Shown: positions 30,408 through 44,690, counted from the stretch's first letter. The stretch: 64,000 nucleotides of DNA from Eledone cirrhosa (GCA_964016885.1 OZ024757.1:4650001-4714000); one strand, 5' to 3'. Notes: generated by a model not told the origin, from the sequence alone. A program made the numbers and translations.

Positions 30408-32858
30408 CTATATATAGGGCTTAAAGTTTTGGAAGGAATGTCTGAGGCGGTGCTGGCAAGTTGCAAACACCTCAGATTTTTTGTTAAGTAGGTTACGGTT
30501 GGAGAAGATAATATTGTGTGTCTCTAGTATACAGAGGTTACACAATTTATTAGGTGGTTTGTACGAGGTCGCGCTGCCTATCACTTCCCATTTGAGTTTG
30601 TATGGTTTATTTTTAGATTTTAGATAGTGTATGTAGCTAGAAAGTGAGGTGGAGTTGGCTAGGCTGTGCTTTTAGAACGAGTGGATGTGCGAGTTATATC
30701 TGATTTTGAAGCAGTTAGAAGTGGAGCCTACATAGGTTTCTGAAGAGTTATTAGTCGTGACTGTGCATGAGTATATGACATCCTTGGTTAGGCATTTTTT
30801 ATCTAAAGGGCAGGTTCTATTAGCTCTACAGTTACAATTATCCTGTGCGTTAGTCCGCTGGTTATAATGCAATGCGGAAGTCTGTGTGGTGGATATAGGA
30901 TTTTGGGTGTTCGGGTTGACAACCCTGGTGTTATTACTTATACTAGTGTTATTTCTATTGTTACTGCCGTTGCTATGGTTGCTTGCTACAGTGGTATTTA
31001 GAGGGTTTGCATCCCGTTGTGATTTTGTTTGTTGGAAGTAAGAACTAATTTTACTATTATTGCTGCTAGCTATGTGGTATGCTAAGTTAGGCGTCGTAGA
31101 GTATGAGATTTTAATGGTGTTTTTGTTTAAGAGGTTGTGGTACTTGTGTCCTAGAGGGAAGTTTTTATCTAGTAGTGAGAAGAAAGCCCTAGGTATGTTG
31201 GTGGAGACATTTAGGTTGAAAGGAGGGTTGAAAAATGTATTATTTCTTCTTCTATTTTTGCTTTTAGTGTTTGGTGTGTTGCTTCCTCCTAAGGCCCCAC
31301 AGTAGTTTCCATGGTAATGGTTACTTCCGGTGGCACCCTCCGCTTTGGTGTACTTGTGGTTGCTATTCCTATTATTAGATTTCCTCATGGACATGTTGTG
31401 CGAGATGATGTTGTAGCTATGTGTTTTCTTAGGTAGGAACTCAATTTCTATATTATGGCCGGAGCTAGCTAATGCTTGATTGTAATATTGTGAGTTTTTG
31501 CTAAATATGTTTGCGTCATAGGACAGACTAGAGATTCTATTGGACACCCCCATAGAGATAGAGTTTAATATTGATCTAGGGTGATTAGACTTGGTATCTA
31601 CGTAAATAAGTTTCTCATTAGGCTTATGGAAAGGTGTATATATTTTTGAGTCTAGGTATAGTGTGGCGTCTAGGAAGTTAACATTTTTAGTGTTTTTATC
31701 CATGGTGATACTAAGGTTAAAGTTTTTGAATGTCTTATGCAGTTATTTTCTAGTTCTTTCTATATTAATTTTTTTATATTCTATGAGTAGAAGTGCATCA
31801 TTGCAGTACAAACCACCGTTGAGGTAAGGGAGGTCTTTATGGATTTCATTGAGGAGGTATAGGCCGACCAAATCAGTGACCTGCGCCGAGTCACTAGATC
31901 CCATGGTTATGTCGAAGTTGTTGTGCGTATCCTTGCGTGTCCATAGTTGGTCCTCGAAGGTGATTATGGTTTTACGGGCCGCAAGGATGACATCAACCTG
32001 GGCTCTAGTTAGGTCGCTATTGGTCATGGCCATAAGTGCCTTATTTAATAGGATAGGGGAAATAGAGGTGTAGTATGAATTGATATCAAATTGAATAAAT
32101 TTTTTGTTCTTATTATTCTTGATATCCTTGAACCATTCAATTACTTCACCCGTATTTCCCCATTGTTTAAGGTGTATCTTGTGTTTAATTTGTGGGATGA
32201 TTTTATCCAAAATCTTCTTGCTGATAATACCAATGTCGGACTTGGAAGGGCAGATAAGTCTTATCGTGGGGTTGCTGATGAAGTTCTCCTTATGGTCCTT
32301 CAGAGAGAATCTAGGGGGGTTCGGAGTGAAAGGTTGTGTATGCCTCTGTAGTCCTAGTTTAGACACTATATTATAACCCTCTACATCTTCTAAGTTTTTC
32401 AAGGTGGTTTTTTTGTAGCTTTTATGTAGTTCATTATATATAAACTTTCTATAAGTAATATAATCTAGGCTGTATATGTTATTAGTTTTATCTGCGTGTA
32501 CAATAATTTTATTACTAGTTTTGAATCCATTAATAGAAGTGTTAAGTTTGTTTAAGAAGGTGTTGCTTCTAATATGGTGCTTATTGTATTTAATGTTCTT
32601 AACTAGTTTAACTAGGTCATTTTCAAAGGAGTTAAGTAGAGTGTTATGAGGGGGGCTTTTAAAGGTTTTAAAGCCGAAGGAGTCAAAATTGTTAGTATTA
32701 TTCAAGTTGTTAGATTTGTTTCTATCATAATGGAATGTCCTCCATCTCACTCTATTGATAAATGAATTTACACTGTTGATCAGCAATTTCTCATATGTAT
32801 TCCTGGATGGTATTGGTATGTTCTTGGTTGACATGGGGAGTTGGTCGAAACGTAACAA
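30408..32858 (-). pseudogene. PLE polyprotein (RT, Cys-rich linker, GIY-YIG) in one frame with premature stops at 31743 and 30672
   Basis: KNIPIPS, ADKTNNIY, FDINSYY, TMGS, GLYCND (decayed YRDD), NFLD, FNPPF, CNC..CPL..KC and VIY...YVG. The reading frame continues past 30672 through CNLC and LNKKSE to TAG at 30408. Confidence 0.92.
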
Positions 32859-33435
32859 CCTCCTGTATCGAACTAAAGAACACCAGACTACGATCTCTAA
32901 CTGGATTGTCGTGGATTATGTGAAAGGCATATAATCGAAATATACACTCCCTTGACCATGAAAATGCCGAAGTACATGAATTACTTGACATCCCTGCGCT
33001 GTGCATCTCCAATACTTATAACACTTTTAATGCTTGCACTATCTTTAATGCTTATAATATTTCTCCACACACAGACTATATCAATCATATAAAGATTTTG
33101 CCACCAGATCTACCAACCTAACACTCTTATTTACCTACCTAAGTGCCTCTACCACACATATCTCTCTGCCACACTATATAAACAAGACGCACATGCGTGC
33201 CACACATATAACATTTGCACTATATAACCACTTATCTTCATGTTGTACTTTAACCTATATCTTTGATTTTTGATTGTACCTATTAATATAAATGTAATCT
33301 CAAAGTGTGTATTGCCACTCTAAATTCTGTAATGAATGTTGACCCACAATGTTTGAATATGTATCAATGTTTGAATATGTATTGGTATGTCTCTCGGCTG
33401 AAAAGGAGGTCATATAACTGTCCATGCATTAATAA

Positions 33436-33488
33436 ATTGCTCCAAAGAATCCAAACCTCGGTTTGGAGGAAACAGCTGTAAGCACAAT
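33436..33488 (+). ncRNA. Hammerhead copy in the inverted arm; core CCAAAGA (G5A), likely inactive
   Basis: Matches the 28916-28968 motif except at the core G. Confidence 0.7.
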
Positions 33489-33759
33489 AATGTTTTGAAC
33501 AGTTCTTTGATTCTTATATTTCATATAACTGCTCTGTAAATCATCTGATGTTTTTACATTGAGCTACTTAACTTACTGGTAATAAGGTAGTAATACATTA
33601 CTGTCTACCACTATTTAGGGTGTGTGTAAAATACGTACAACTGCTTAAGGTTTTGTATTTACATAACCATAAATAGTATAACTAATACTATATATATACA
33701 TATATATATATATATATACATACATAAATATATATATACATACATAAATATATATATAC

Positions 33760-33796
<37 letters not shown>

Positions 33797-33944
33797 CATA
33801 CATAAATATATATATACATACATAAATATATATATACATTCATAAATATATATATACATACATAAATATATATATACATATATAAAATATTAAAAAAATA
33901 ATGAATAAAACAATGAAACAGTTCCTTATATTAAACAAAAAAAG

Positions 33945-34099
33945 TTCATTATTTAATGATCGTTTCTAGGATATATATGTGTTAGAATTGGCATGCATAT
34001 TCAACAGATCTATGTACAAAATTATACAAAATTATACAAACTATCAAAATTAAATATACATACCAAACACATATATATGCCGTCTTCAGAAATAATGAA
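33945..34099 (-). ncRNA. Hammerhead with 116-nt stem II; stem III mutated (ACGATCAT)
   Basis: Reverse complement of 39073-39227 with a G>A change in the stem III palindrome. Confidence 0.7.
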
Positions 34100-34883
34100 A
34101 TATATTAATTGATAATAACAACAATTCAAAATTACAGGTCTGTTTGGGAACAGAGTTCAAATTGACCAATGAAAATACAAAAAGTTTATACAGTTAGGTG
34201 TGTGTATATATATGTAAGTAACTTCGTTCACAGATATGCATAAAGATATATGTTCACATGCATACGCATGCCAAAAAGATGTATGTAAATACAAAAATTC
34301 AAGGCTAATGTCTCTGTATGTTTATAATCTACAGATAAAATACGTATACACATATAAATATAAAATAAATATATACACACATTCATATACTCACACATAT
34401 ACGTACATTCACACACACACGCACGTATACGCATAAACATACACACAACCACGAACATACATACACACATACACCCCCACACACATATATATGTGTGTAT
34501 ATACTATTATCATAAGCATATGGACATTAATGCGCGCACATAAACACTGCCACACATATTTAGATCCACACATATATATATACATACACATATATATAAA
34601 CAAGTAAAATATAAAATATACATCGATATACATACACATACATATATATATATATATATACACATACATGCATATACATACATATACATACACATATACA
34701 CAAACACATACATACACATACATATACATACACACACCATATAAATACACATACACATACACACACGCATACATATAGAGACACATACATATACACATAT
34801 AAATACATAGACATATACACATATACACACATATATATATATATATACACATACACGCATACATATATATAAATACATTCACA

Positions 34884-34941
<58 letters not shown>

Positions 34942-35036
34942 GTATACACACACATATATATATATATACACACACACATACACACACATACACATACACA
35001 TATATAAAGATATATATACACACACACCCACATATA

Positions 35037-35082
<46 letters not shown>

Positions 35083-35426
35083 TCATACACACACATACAT
35101 ATATATACACACATACATACACACACATACATACTCATACATAGACATACATATATACACACACACACATATACGCATACATATACACATATATACACAT
35201 ACATACACATCCATGTATGCGTATATTCATACAAACAAACACCACCACACGCTCACACAACTCAGACATACATACATAAAGGGATATACATACACATATA
35301 TACATATATAAATAGAGATACATATACATATATAAATATATACACACGTACACACACAAACACACATACATATACATACATACATACATACATACATATA
35401 CACACACACATACACACATATACATA

Positions 35427-35469
<43 letters not shown>

Positions 35470-35470
<1 letters not shown>

Positions 35471-37532
35471 TCATCATCACCGTTTTACGTCCGTTCTTCC
35501 ACGCTAGCATGGGTTAGACGGGTTGTCCTGTTGTGGGCAGTGTCTGGTCGGCTGACCATGCCTTGCTCATACAGGAACTGATCTGGCTTGATTTCTACAG
35601 CTGGATGCCCTTCCTAACACCAACCTCATTTACAGTGAGTGCTGGGTGCTTTTTCGTGGCGCCTACACGTCCACTTTACAGTGTGGGCTGGGTGCTTTTT
35701 TGCCGTGGCACCTCCACGACCACCTTGCGGTGGGGGGGGGGGCATATTGTTTATATGCTTCAGCATGTACCCATGGGAGGTCGGGTACCCTGTATTACTG
35801 CGTGACGCCAGAAGTCACGGTCGTGTGTCATTGACTTTGAGAGGTGTAGTTGGGTAAGGTCGGCTTTTATCACCTCATCCCAAGTCATCTTGGGTCTCCC
35901 CACTCCGCGGTTTCCATCAACTTCTAGTGCTCTGCACCTTTTTATGCAGCTGTCATCCTTCATACGCATCACATGTCCATACCAGCGTAACCGCCTCTCC
36001 TGCACGCAGCATTTGATTCCTCTTATGCTCAGTCTCTCTCTCAATTCATTTATGCTTTGTCGTTCACGTATATTACTGTTACACATCCATCGGAGCATGC
36101 AGGCTTCGTTTCTCTCTAATCTACGTAAGTCTTCCACCTTCAGCGCCCAGGTCTCACTACCATGCAACATCGCTGTTCGGATACACGCATCATACAGTCT
36201 GCCTTTCATTCTGAGGGAGAAGCCTTTTGCAGCTAGCAGTGGTAGTAGTTCCCTAAACTTCTTCCATCCCGTTCTTACCCTAGTTATTGTACTTTCTGAG
36301 CACCCACCTCCGTTGCTAATTCGGTCACCTAGGTAGCAGAAGCTGTCTACTGTTTCTACAGGGCCCTCCCAGAGATTGGTGGTACTTGTTTCCTGTGGCT
36401 GTTTGCTTGCTGTTTCAGCACAGCTGCTGCATGTGAATCCTACATTCTTAATTAAGCTTCCTGAGATCCCGCTACATCTCTTGTGTACCCATTGTTTGCA
36501 TTTGGGGCAAAGAATGGAGTTCCTACCTACACCTTTCCTACATACTGAGCAAGGCCATTTCCCTGAGGGGATCTGGGTTCTGTTTTCTCGTCTACTTATA
36601 AGGACCTTAGTCTTTGTCATGTTGACTTTGAGGCCCTTTCTCTCTAGTCCCTGCTTCCAGGTTTGGAATTTATTCTCTAGTTCTACCATAGATTCAGCTA
36701 TGAGTGCGAGGTCATCAGCATACAGGAGTTCCCATGGGCATCCGGTCTTAAACTCCTCCGTTATTGCCTGCAGGACTATGATGAACAGGAGAGGGCTAAG
36801 AACAGAGCCCTGGTGGACCCCAACCTGTACGCTAAATTCCTCGCTATACTCATTGCCAATCCTAACTTTGCTGACTGCTCCCCTATACATGGCTTGTACC
36901 GCTTTCACAAGCCATTCATCTACTCCTAGTTTTCTAAGAGCCCACCAGATTACTGCACGTGGAACTCTGTCAAAGGCTTTCTCAAGGTCGACAAATGCCA
37001 AGTAGAGTGGCTTACTTTTAGCTAGGTACTTTTCCTGTAATTGCCTCACAAGGAAGAGCGCATCAGTGGTGCCTTTCCCTGGAACAAACCCAAATTGCAT
37101 CTCGTCTATATTCACCCGGTCCCTAATCAGCTGTGCTATAACTCTTTCTGTTACTTTCATGACCTGGTCCATCAACTTTATACCTCTATAGTTTCCTCTA
37201 TCTAGTGCATCGCCTTTACCTTTGTAGCAGTTGACAATGATGCTACTGCACCAATCTTTTGGTATGGCCCCCTCTAGTATTACCTGGTTAACGATACGTG
37301 TGGTTATAGTGTGACCTACAGACCCAGATGCCTTCAGCATCTCGGCAGCTATACCCGATGGACCGGTTGCCTTCCCTATCTTCATATCTCTGATTGCCTT
37401 ACTTACTACGCTGCCGCTGACTTGTACTGCTGGTCCCTCTATAGGGTCTACGTGGGGTAGGGTCTCTTCTTCCCATGCATTCTCCTCATTTAGTAATCTA
37501 TCATAATGACTCTTCCATGCATCTTTCTTCTC
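35470..37532 (-). mobile_element. RTE LINE family 2, 5'-truncated
   Basis: Open RT frame, ~290-bp 3' UTR and short (TGA)n tail. Highly similar to 52378-54423. Confidence 0.95.
35760..37385 (-). CDS. RTE reverse transcriptase domain (uninterrupted but lacking the N-terminus)
   Basis: 541-aa ORF with KATGPSG, NYRGIKL, QFGF, DLEKAFD, QGSVLSP, YADD and RLRWYGHV. Confidence 0.88.
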   Translation of the reverse strand: MKIGKATGPSGIAAEMLKASGSVGHTITTRIVNQVILEGAIPKDWCSSIIVNCYKGKGDALDRGNYRGIKLMDQVMKVTERVIAQLIRDRVNIDEMQFGFVPGKGTTDALFLVRQLQEKYLAKSKPLYLAFVDLEKAFDRVPRAVIWWALRKLGVDEWLVKAVQAMYRGAVSKVRIGNEYSEEFSVQVGVHQGSVLSPLLFIIVLQAITEEFKTGCPWELLYADDLALIAESMVELENKFQTWKQGLERKGLKVNMTKTKVLISRRENRTQIPSGKWPCSVCRKGVGRNSILCPKCKQWVHKRCSGISGSLIKNVGFTCSSCAETASKQPQETSTTNLWEGPVETVDSFCYLGDRISNGGGCSESTITRVRTGWKKFRELLPLLAAKGFSLRMKGRLYDACIRTAMLHGSETWALKVEDLRRLERNEACMLRWMCNSNIRERQSINELRERLSIRGIKCCVQERRLRWYGHVMRMKDDSCIKRCRALEVDGNRGVGRPKMTWDEVIKADLTQLHLSKSMTHDRDFWRHAVIQGTRPPMGTC

Positions 37533-37651
37533 TTATATATATACATATATATAAAAAAATAAAGAAATAAGATAAATAAATAAATAAATTAATACACACA
37601 GTCAGACAAATATGCACACACATACATATACATATATATATACACATACAC

Positions 37652-37686
<35 letters not shown>

Positions 37687-37726
37687 CATACATACATATA
37701 TATATATACACATACACACATCAACT

Positions 37727-37764
<38 letters not shown>

Positions 37765-38097
37765 TCACATATACATGCGCACATACGTTCACATATACAC
37801 ATACACACATATACACATAGACATATACATGTGCATACATATACATACACACATATACCCACATAAATACATAGATACATATATATATACACATATATAT
37901 ACACATATATATATACACACATATATACATATATATATACATATATATATATACACACATGTATATGTATGTGTATGTGTATGTATGTGTATATATGCGT
38001 ATATGTATGTGTATATGTGTGTGTGTGTATATATGTATGCCTATGTATGAGTATGTATGTGTGTGTATGTATGTGTGTATATATATGTATGTGTGTG

Positions 38098-38144
<47 letters not shown>

Positions 38145-38216
38145 TATATGTGGGTATGTGTTTATATATATCTTTATATATGTGTATGTGTGTGTGTATA
38201 TATATATATGTGTGTG

Positions 38217-38299
<83 letters not shown>

Positions 38300-38361
38300 T
38301 TATATGTGGGTATGTATATGTATGTGTGTATATACATGAGTGTGTTTATATATGTGTGTAG

Positions 38362-38471
<110 letters not shown>

Positions 38472-39072
38472 TTTCTTGATATATTTCCTTTTTCTTTTTC
38501 TTTTCTTTTTATTTATAAGGTTATAGATACATTTATAAATAGGCAGTCCGTTGACACCGGTGAATACCGACCTCTTCTCCCCCCCCCACCTACTTTCTGT
38601 ATCTGGATCTAAATATGTGTGGCAGTGTTTATGTGCGCGCATTAATGTCCATATGCTTATGATAATAGTATATACACACATATATATGTGTGTGGGGGTG
38701 TATGTGTGTATGTATGTTCGTGGTTGTGTGTATGTTTATGCGTATACGCGCGTGTGTGTGTGAATGTACGTATATGTGTGAGTATATGAATGTGTGTATA
38801 TATTTATTTTATATTTATATGTGTATACGTATTTTATCTGTAGATTATAAACATACAGAGACATTAGCCTTGAATTTTTGTATTTACATACATCTTTTTG
38901 GCATGCGTATGCATGTGAACATATACCTTTATGCATATCTGTGAACGAAGTTACTTACATATATATACACACACCTAACTGTATAAACTTTTTGTATTTT
39001 CATTGGTCAATTTGAACTCTGTTCCCAAACAGACCTGTAATTTTGAATTGTTGTTATTATCAATAAATATAT

Positions 39073-39227
39073 TTCATTATTTCTGAAGACGGCATATATA
39101 TGTGTTTGGTATGTATATTTAATTTTGATAGTTTGTATAATTTTGTATAATTTTGTACATATATCTGTTGAATATGCATGCCAATTCTAACACATATATA
39201 TCCTAGAAACGATCGTTAAATAATGAA
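39073..39227 (+). ncRNA. Type I hammerhead ribozyme with 116-nt stem II
   Basis: TTCATTATTT-CTGAAGA-[39090-39205 hairpin]-GAAACGATCGTT-AAATAATGAA. Perfect 10-bp stem I and palindromic stem III ACGATCGT; predicted cut after 39217. Confidence 0.82.
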
Positions 39228-39545
39228 CTTTTTTTGTTTAATATAAGGAACTGTTTCATTGTTTTATTCATTATTTTTTTAATATTTTATCTTGACTCTG
39301 TATTCCGTTTATCTTTCACCGAAAGTGATTTTTCATTGCATCTCTTCTTTCCATGATATCCGGATTACATTGAGTTCTTCATACGGATTGGACACTACCG
39401 TAAACTCTTGGTAGATTTATCTACATATATACATATATATATACATATATACACACACATATATATATATATACACATATATATATATATATATATATTC
39501 ACATATATATATATATATACACATATATATATATATATATATATT

Positions 39546-39603
<58 letters not shown>

Positions 39604-39660
39604 TATATATATATATATATACACATACATATATATATAAATACACACATATATATATAT

Positions 39661-39691
<31 letters not shown>

Positions 39692-39829
39692 CACATACAT
39701 ATATATATAAATACACACATATATATATACACACACATATATATATATATACACATGTATGTGTATATATATATGTATGTGTATATATATATATATATGT
39801 ATGTGTATATATATATATATATGTATGTG

Positions 39830-39860
<31 letters not shown>

Positions 39861-39910
39861 ATATATATATATATATGTATGTGCATATACATATATATAT
39901 ATATATATAC

Positions 39911-41721
39911 ATTAAATTAATCGACCAGGTCATGAAGGTCACGGAAAGAGTAATAGCGCAGCTAATCAGAGAGAGAATTGACCTAGATGAAATGCAGTTC
40001 GGGTTTGTGTCAGGCAAAAGTACCACAGACGCTCTTTTCATAGTACGACAACTACAAGAGAAGTACCTAGCTAAAGGTAAACCCCTCTACTTAGCTTTTG
40101 TCGACTTGGAGAAAGCCTTCGACAGAGTCCCCCGCTCCATTATCTGGTGGGCTCTTAGAAAACTAGGCGTTGACGAATGGCTTGTGAGGGCTATACAAGC
40201 CATGTATAAAGAAACAGTCAGCAAGGTTAGAATTAACAACGAATATAGTGAAGAGTTTAGCGTAAAAGTCGGCGTCCATCAGGGCTCTGTTCTCAGTCCA
40301 CTACTATTTATTATTGCCCTTCAGGCCATAACAGAGGAGTTCAAGACAGGCTGCCCATGGGAACTCCTATACGCAGACGACCTGACACTCATAGCGGAAT
40401 CAATGGCCGAGCTAGAGAAGAAATTCCAAACATGGAAGCACGGCCTAGAGTCAAAAGGACTTAAAATTAACCTGGCTAAGACCAAAGTACTAGTTTGTAG
40501 GAAAGAAAACAAGGCGGCGGTCCCTTCTGGGAAATGGTCGTGCTCGGTGTGTAGGAAAGGCGTAGGTAGAAACTCCATTTTATGTCCTAAATGCAAAGTA
40601 TGGGTGCATAAAAGATGTAGTGGGATCACAGGTAGGCTAACTAAGAACATAGATTTTACATGTGGCCGGTGCTCTGGTGCAATAAGTAGCAGCAAGTGCC
40701 CACAAACTACTAGCTCTTTCAATTGCGCAGAGGGTTCTATAGAAATAGTGGACAGCTTCCGTTACCTGGGCGATAAAATCAGCAGTGGGGGAGGGTGCTC
40801 TGAAAGTACTGTAGCTAGAGTCAGAACTGGTTGGAAAAAGTTCAGAGAGCTTATACCACTATTAGCTGCTAAAGGGTTCTCACTAAAAATGAAAGGCAGG
40901 TTGTACGATGCCTGCATACGAACAGCAATGCTGCATGGCAGTGAGACCTGGGCATTGTGTGCAGAGGATATACGCAGACTAGAGAGGAACGAAGCTTGCA
41001 TGCTCCGCTGGATGTGTAACAGTAATATACGTGAACGGCAAAGCATAAACGAACTAAGGAATAAATTAGAGATAAGAGGGATCAGATGTTGTTTACTCGA
41101 GAGAAGGCTACGTTGGTATGGACACGTGATGCGCATGAAAGTCGATAGCTGTATAACAAAGTGCAGGGCAATAAAGATAGACGGTAGTCACGGAATAGGC
41201 AGACCTAGAAAAACCTGGGACGAGCTGATAAACTCCGACATCACACACTTACACCTCTCCAAGACAATATCACTGGACCGAGACCTTTGGCGGTACTCAG
41301 TAACAGAGAAGACCCGCCTTACCTAAATATATAGTAAAACCTACTCCAGCCAGTAGGCATCTCTAACAAATACACCCCGTCCCACCACCCCCACCCGATC
41401 CACACCACCCCGTTCTATGTAAAGTTATGTTGGTGCCGCGCCATCGAGGCCGAAACAAATGAGATCGTGTAGGTGTCACGACAAAAAAACACACAGTCCA
41501 CGCTGTAATGTGGCCGTGTAGGCAACACGGTAAAAACCTCCCAGACCCACACTGTAAATGTGGTTGGTGTTAGGAAGGGCATCCAACTGTAGAAAACCTG
41601 CCAGACAGTCCTATGCGAGCAAGACAATCACTCTTGCCTCAAGTGGGACTACCCCCGTCCAAACCCATGCAAGCGTGGAACACGGACGTTAAACGCTGAT
41701 GATGATGATGATGATGATGAT
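39911..41721 (+). mobile_element. RTE LINE family 3, 5'-truncated (RT frame 39911-41326)
   Basis: RT motifs from IKLIDQVMK to KTRLT, followed by 3' UTR and (GAT)n tail. Confidence 0.95.
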
Positions 41722-41821
41722 ATATATGTATGTGTGTATATATATATATATATGTATGTGCATATACATACATATATATATATATATATATGTATGTGTG
41801 TATATATATATATATATGTAT

Positions 41822-42855
41822 GTGCTCTGAAAGTACAGTAGCTAGAGTCAGAACTGGATGGAAAAAGTTCAGAGAGCTTATACCACTATTAGCCGCTAGA
41901 GGGTTCTCCCTAAAAATGAAAGGCAGGTTATACGATGCCTGCATACGAACAGCAATGCTGCATGGCAGTGAGACCTGGGCATTGTGTGCAGAGGATATAC
42001 GCAGACTAGAGAGGAACGAAGCTTGCATGCTCCACTGGATGTGCAATAGTAATATACGTGAACGGCAAAGCATAAACGAACTAAGGAAAAAATTAGAAAT
42101 AAGAGGGATCAGATGCTGTTTACTCGAGAGAAGGCTACGTTGGTACGGTCACGTGATGCGCATGAAAGACGACAGCTGTATAACAAAGTGCAGGGCAATA
42201 AAGATAGACGGTAGCCATGGAGTAGGCAGACCCAGAAAAACATGGGACGAGCTGATAAATTCCGACCTCACACGCTTACACCTCTCCAAGACAATGTCAC
42301 TGGACCGAGACCTTTGGCGGTACTCAGTAATAGAGAAGACCCGCCTTACCTAAATACAAAGTAAAAACCTACTACAGTCAGTAGGCATCTCTATCAAAAC
42401 ACACCCCCGTCCCACCACCTCCACCCCACCCACACCGCCCCTTTCAATGTAAAGTTATGTTGGTCCCACAACATCCAGGCCGAAACAAATGATATCGTGT
42501 AGGTGTCACGACAAAAAACACACAGTCCACGTAAATGTGGCCGTGTAGGCAACACGGTAAAAACCTCCCAGCCCCACACTGTAAATGTGGTTGGTGTTAG
42601 GAAGGGCATCCAGCTGTAGAAAACCCGCCAGACAGTCCACGCTGTAATGTGGCCGTGTAGGCAACGCGGTAAAAACCTCCCAGCCCCACACTGTAAATGT
42701 GGTTGGTGTTAGGAAGGGCATCCAACTGTAGAAAACCCGCCAGACAGTCCTATGCGAGCAAGACAACCACTCTTGCCTCAAGTGGGAAAACCCCCGTCCA
42801 AACCCATGCAAGCGTGGAACACGGACGCTAGACCTGATGATGATGATGATGATGA
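41822..42855 (+). mobile_element. RTE LINE family 3, short 3' fragment with duplicated UTR segment
   Basis: RT C-terminus to 42353, highly similar to 40795-41326; (GAT)n tail. Confidence 0.93.
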
Positions 42856-42896
42856 CACACACATATATATATATATACACACACATATATATATAT

Positions 42897-42938
<42 letters not shown>

Positions 42939-43100
42939 ATATATATATATATACACACATACATATATATATATATACACACATACATATATATATATAC
43001 ACACACATACATATATATATATACACACATACACACATACATATATATATATATACACACATACATATATATATATATACACACATACATATATATATAT

Positions 43101-43165
<65 letters not shown>

Positions 43166-43431
43166 CACATACATATATATATATATATATACACATACAT
43201 ATATATATATATATATATACACATACATATATATATATATATACACATACATATATATATATATATACACATACATATATATATATATATACACATACAT
43301 ATATATATATATACACATACATATATATATATATATACACATACATATATATATATATACACATACATATATATATATATACACATACATATATATATAT
43401 ATACACATACATATATATATATACATACATA

Positions 43432-43472
<41 letters not shown>

Positions 43473-43555
43473 ATACATACATATATATATATATACATAC
43501 ATATATATATACATACATATATATATATACATACATATATATATATACATACATA

Positions 43556-43596
<41 letters not shown>

Positions 43597-43602
43597 ATAT
43601 AC

Positions 43603-43634
<32 letters not shown>

Positions 43635-43636
43635 AT

Positions 43637-43683
<47 letters not shown>

Positions 43684-43740
43684 CATATATATATACACAT
43701 ACATATATATATATACACACATACATATATATATATATAT

Positions 43741-44543
43741 AATAAATAAATAACAAAGAACGCTTATAGCATATGCATATCTTTACTTGCTAACATTGTT
43801 TCATCCACACTATAAGTGGGACTCATCAGAGCATAAAGGTTAATTACATACCATACAAGCAATAACAAATCCAAGACATTGAAGAATGAAAGGTAATAAT
43901 AGACGATAGAGGATAAGAATAAAAATAAAAAGTAAAAATAAAAAGTAAAAATAAAAATAAAAATAAAAATAAAAATAAAATAAAAATAAAAATAAAAATA
44001 AGGGGTGCTATCTGTCACAGTTGGGCGGTGTGCTGTCAACATATAGTTACATACAAGCATACACATGGATAAGAGAACATACAAGAGTAGACACATGGAT
44101 AAGAGAACAAACAAGAGTAGATAAGATAATGGGATTAGGTAAGAGTACGTAAAAAATAGGTAAAAAATAGGTAAAAAACAGACTTATAATATATATAAAA
44201 AGAAATACAAAGAAATACATAACAAACTTACATATAAAATATAAAATATAGGGTAAGGAATGAGATAAAATAATAAACAATTAAAAATTAAAAATTATAT
44301 ACATAGAACATAATATAGTATAATCGTAAAATAAGATAAAATAAGGTAAACTAAAATCAAATAACATAGACTAAATTAAAATTAAAATCAAATGTGTAAT
44401 TATAATTATATGTATAATTAATTAAATGTAATTAAATGTAATTAAATAAATAAATAAAGAAATAAATAAATAAAAATTAAATAAATAAATAAAATTTAAA
44501 TTTAAATTTTAAAAATTTTTAAATTAAAATCTAAATTTAAATA

Positions 44544-44582
<39 letters not shown>

Positions 44583-44690
44583 ATGGAGTCAAGTAAGTAA
44601 ATAAATAAAATTAGATAACATGAAATGAAATAAAATAAAATGAAATAAGGTAAATTGAGATAAGATATATATTTTTTTAGAATATATCTC
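43741..44690 (-). mobile_element. AT-rich non-coding segment ending in an HHR (putative PLE-derived/retrozyme-like)
   Basis: (TAAAAA)n and (TAAA)n tracts and a ~32-bp duplication at 44050-44125, with an HHR near the TA-repeat junction. Boundaries are approximate. Confidence 0.5.
43781..43838 (-). ncRNA. Type I hammerhead ribozyme, canonical core
   Basis: Minus strand: ctttatgct-CTGATGA-GTCCCAC-ttata-GTGtGGAT-GAAACAATGTT-agcaagtaaag. Confidence 0.82.

Larger units (their letters stand above)
28862..33690 (-). mobile_element. Penelope-like retroelement family 1 with inverted ~680-bp terminal arms
   Basis: RT-GIY-YIG ORF at 30408-32858. 28870-29560 is near-identical to the reverse complement of 32845-33525, and both arms carry an HHR. 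The same TACATACATAAATATATATA microsatellite unit lies on both flanks. Confidence 0.92.

Noticed and set aside
29393-33012. Duplicated small ORF MEMHSAGMSS...
   Set aside because: Antisense to the PLE UTR and duplicated only because of the inverted arms; not conserved in the diverged copy at ~26300.
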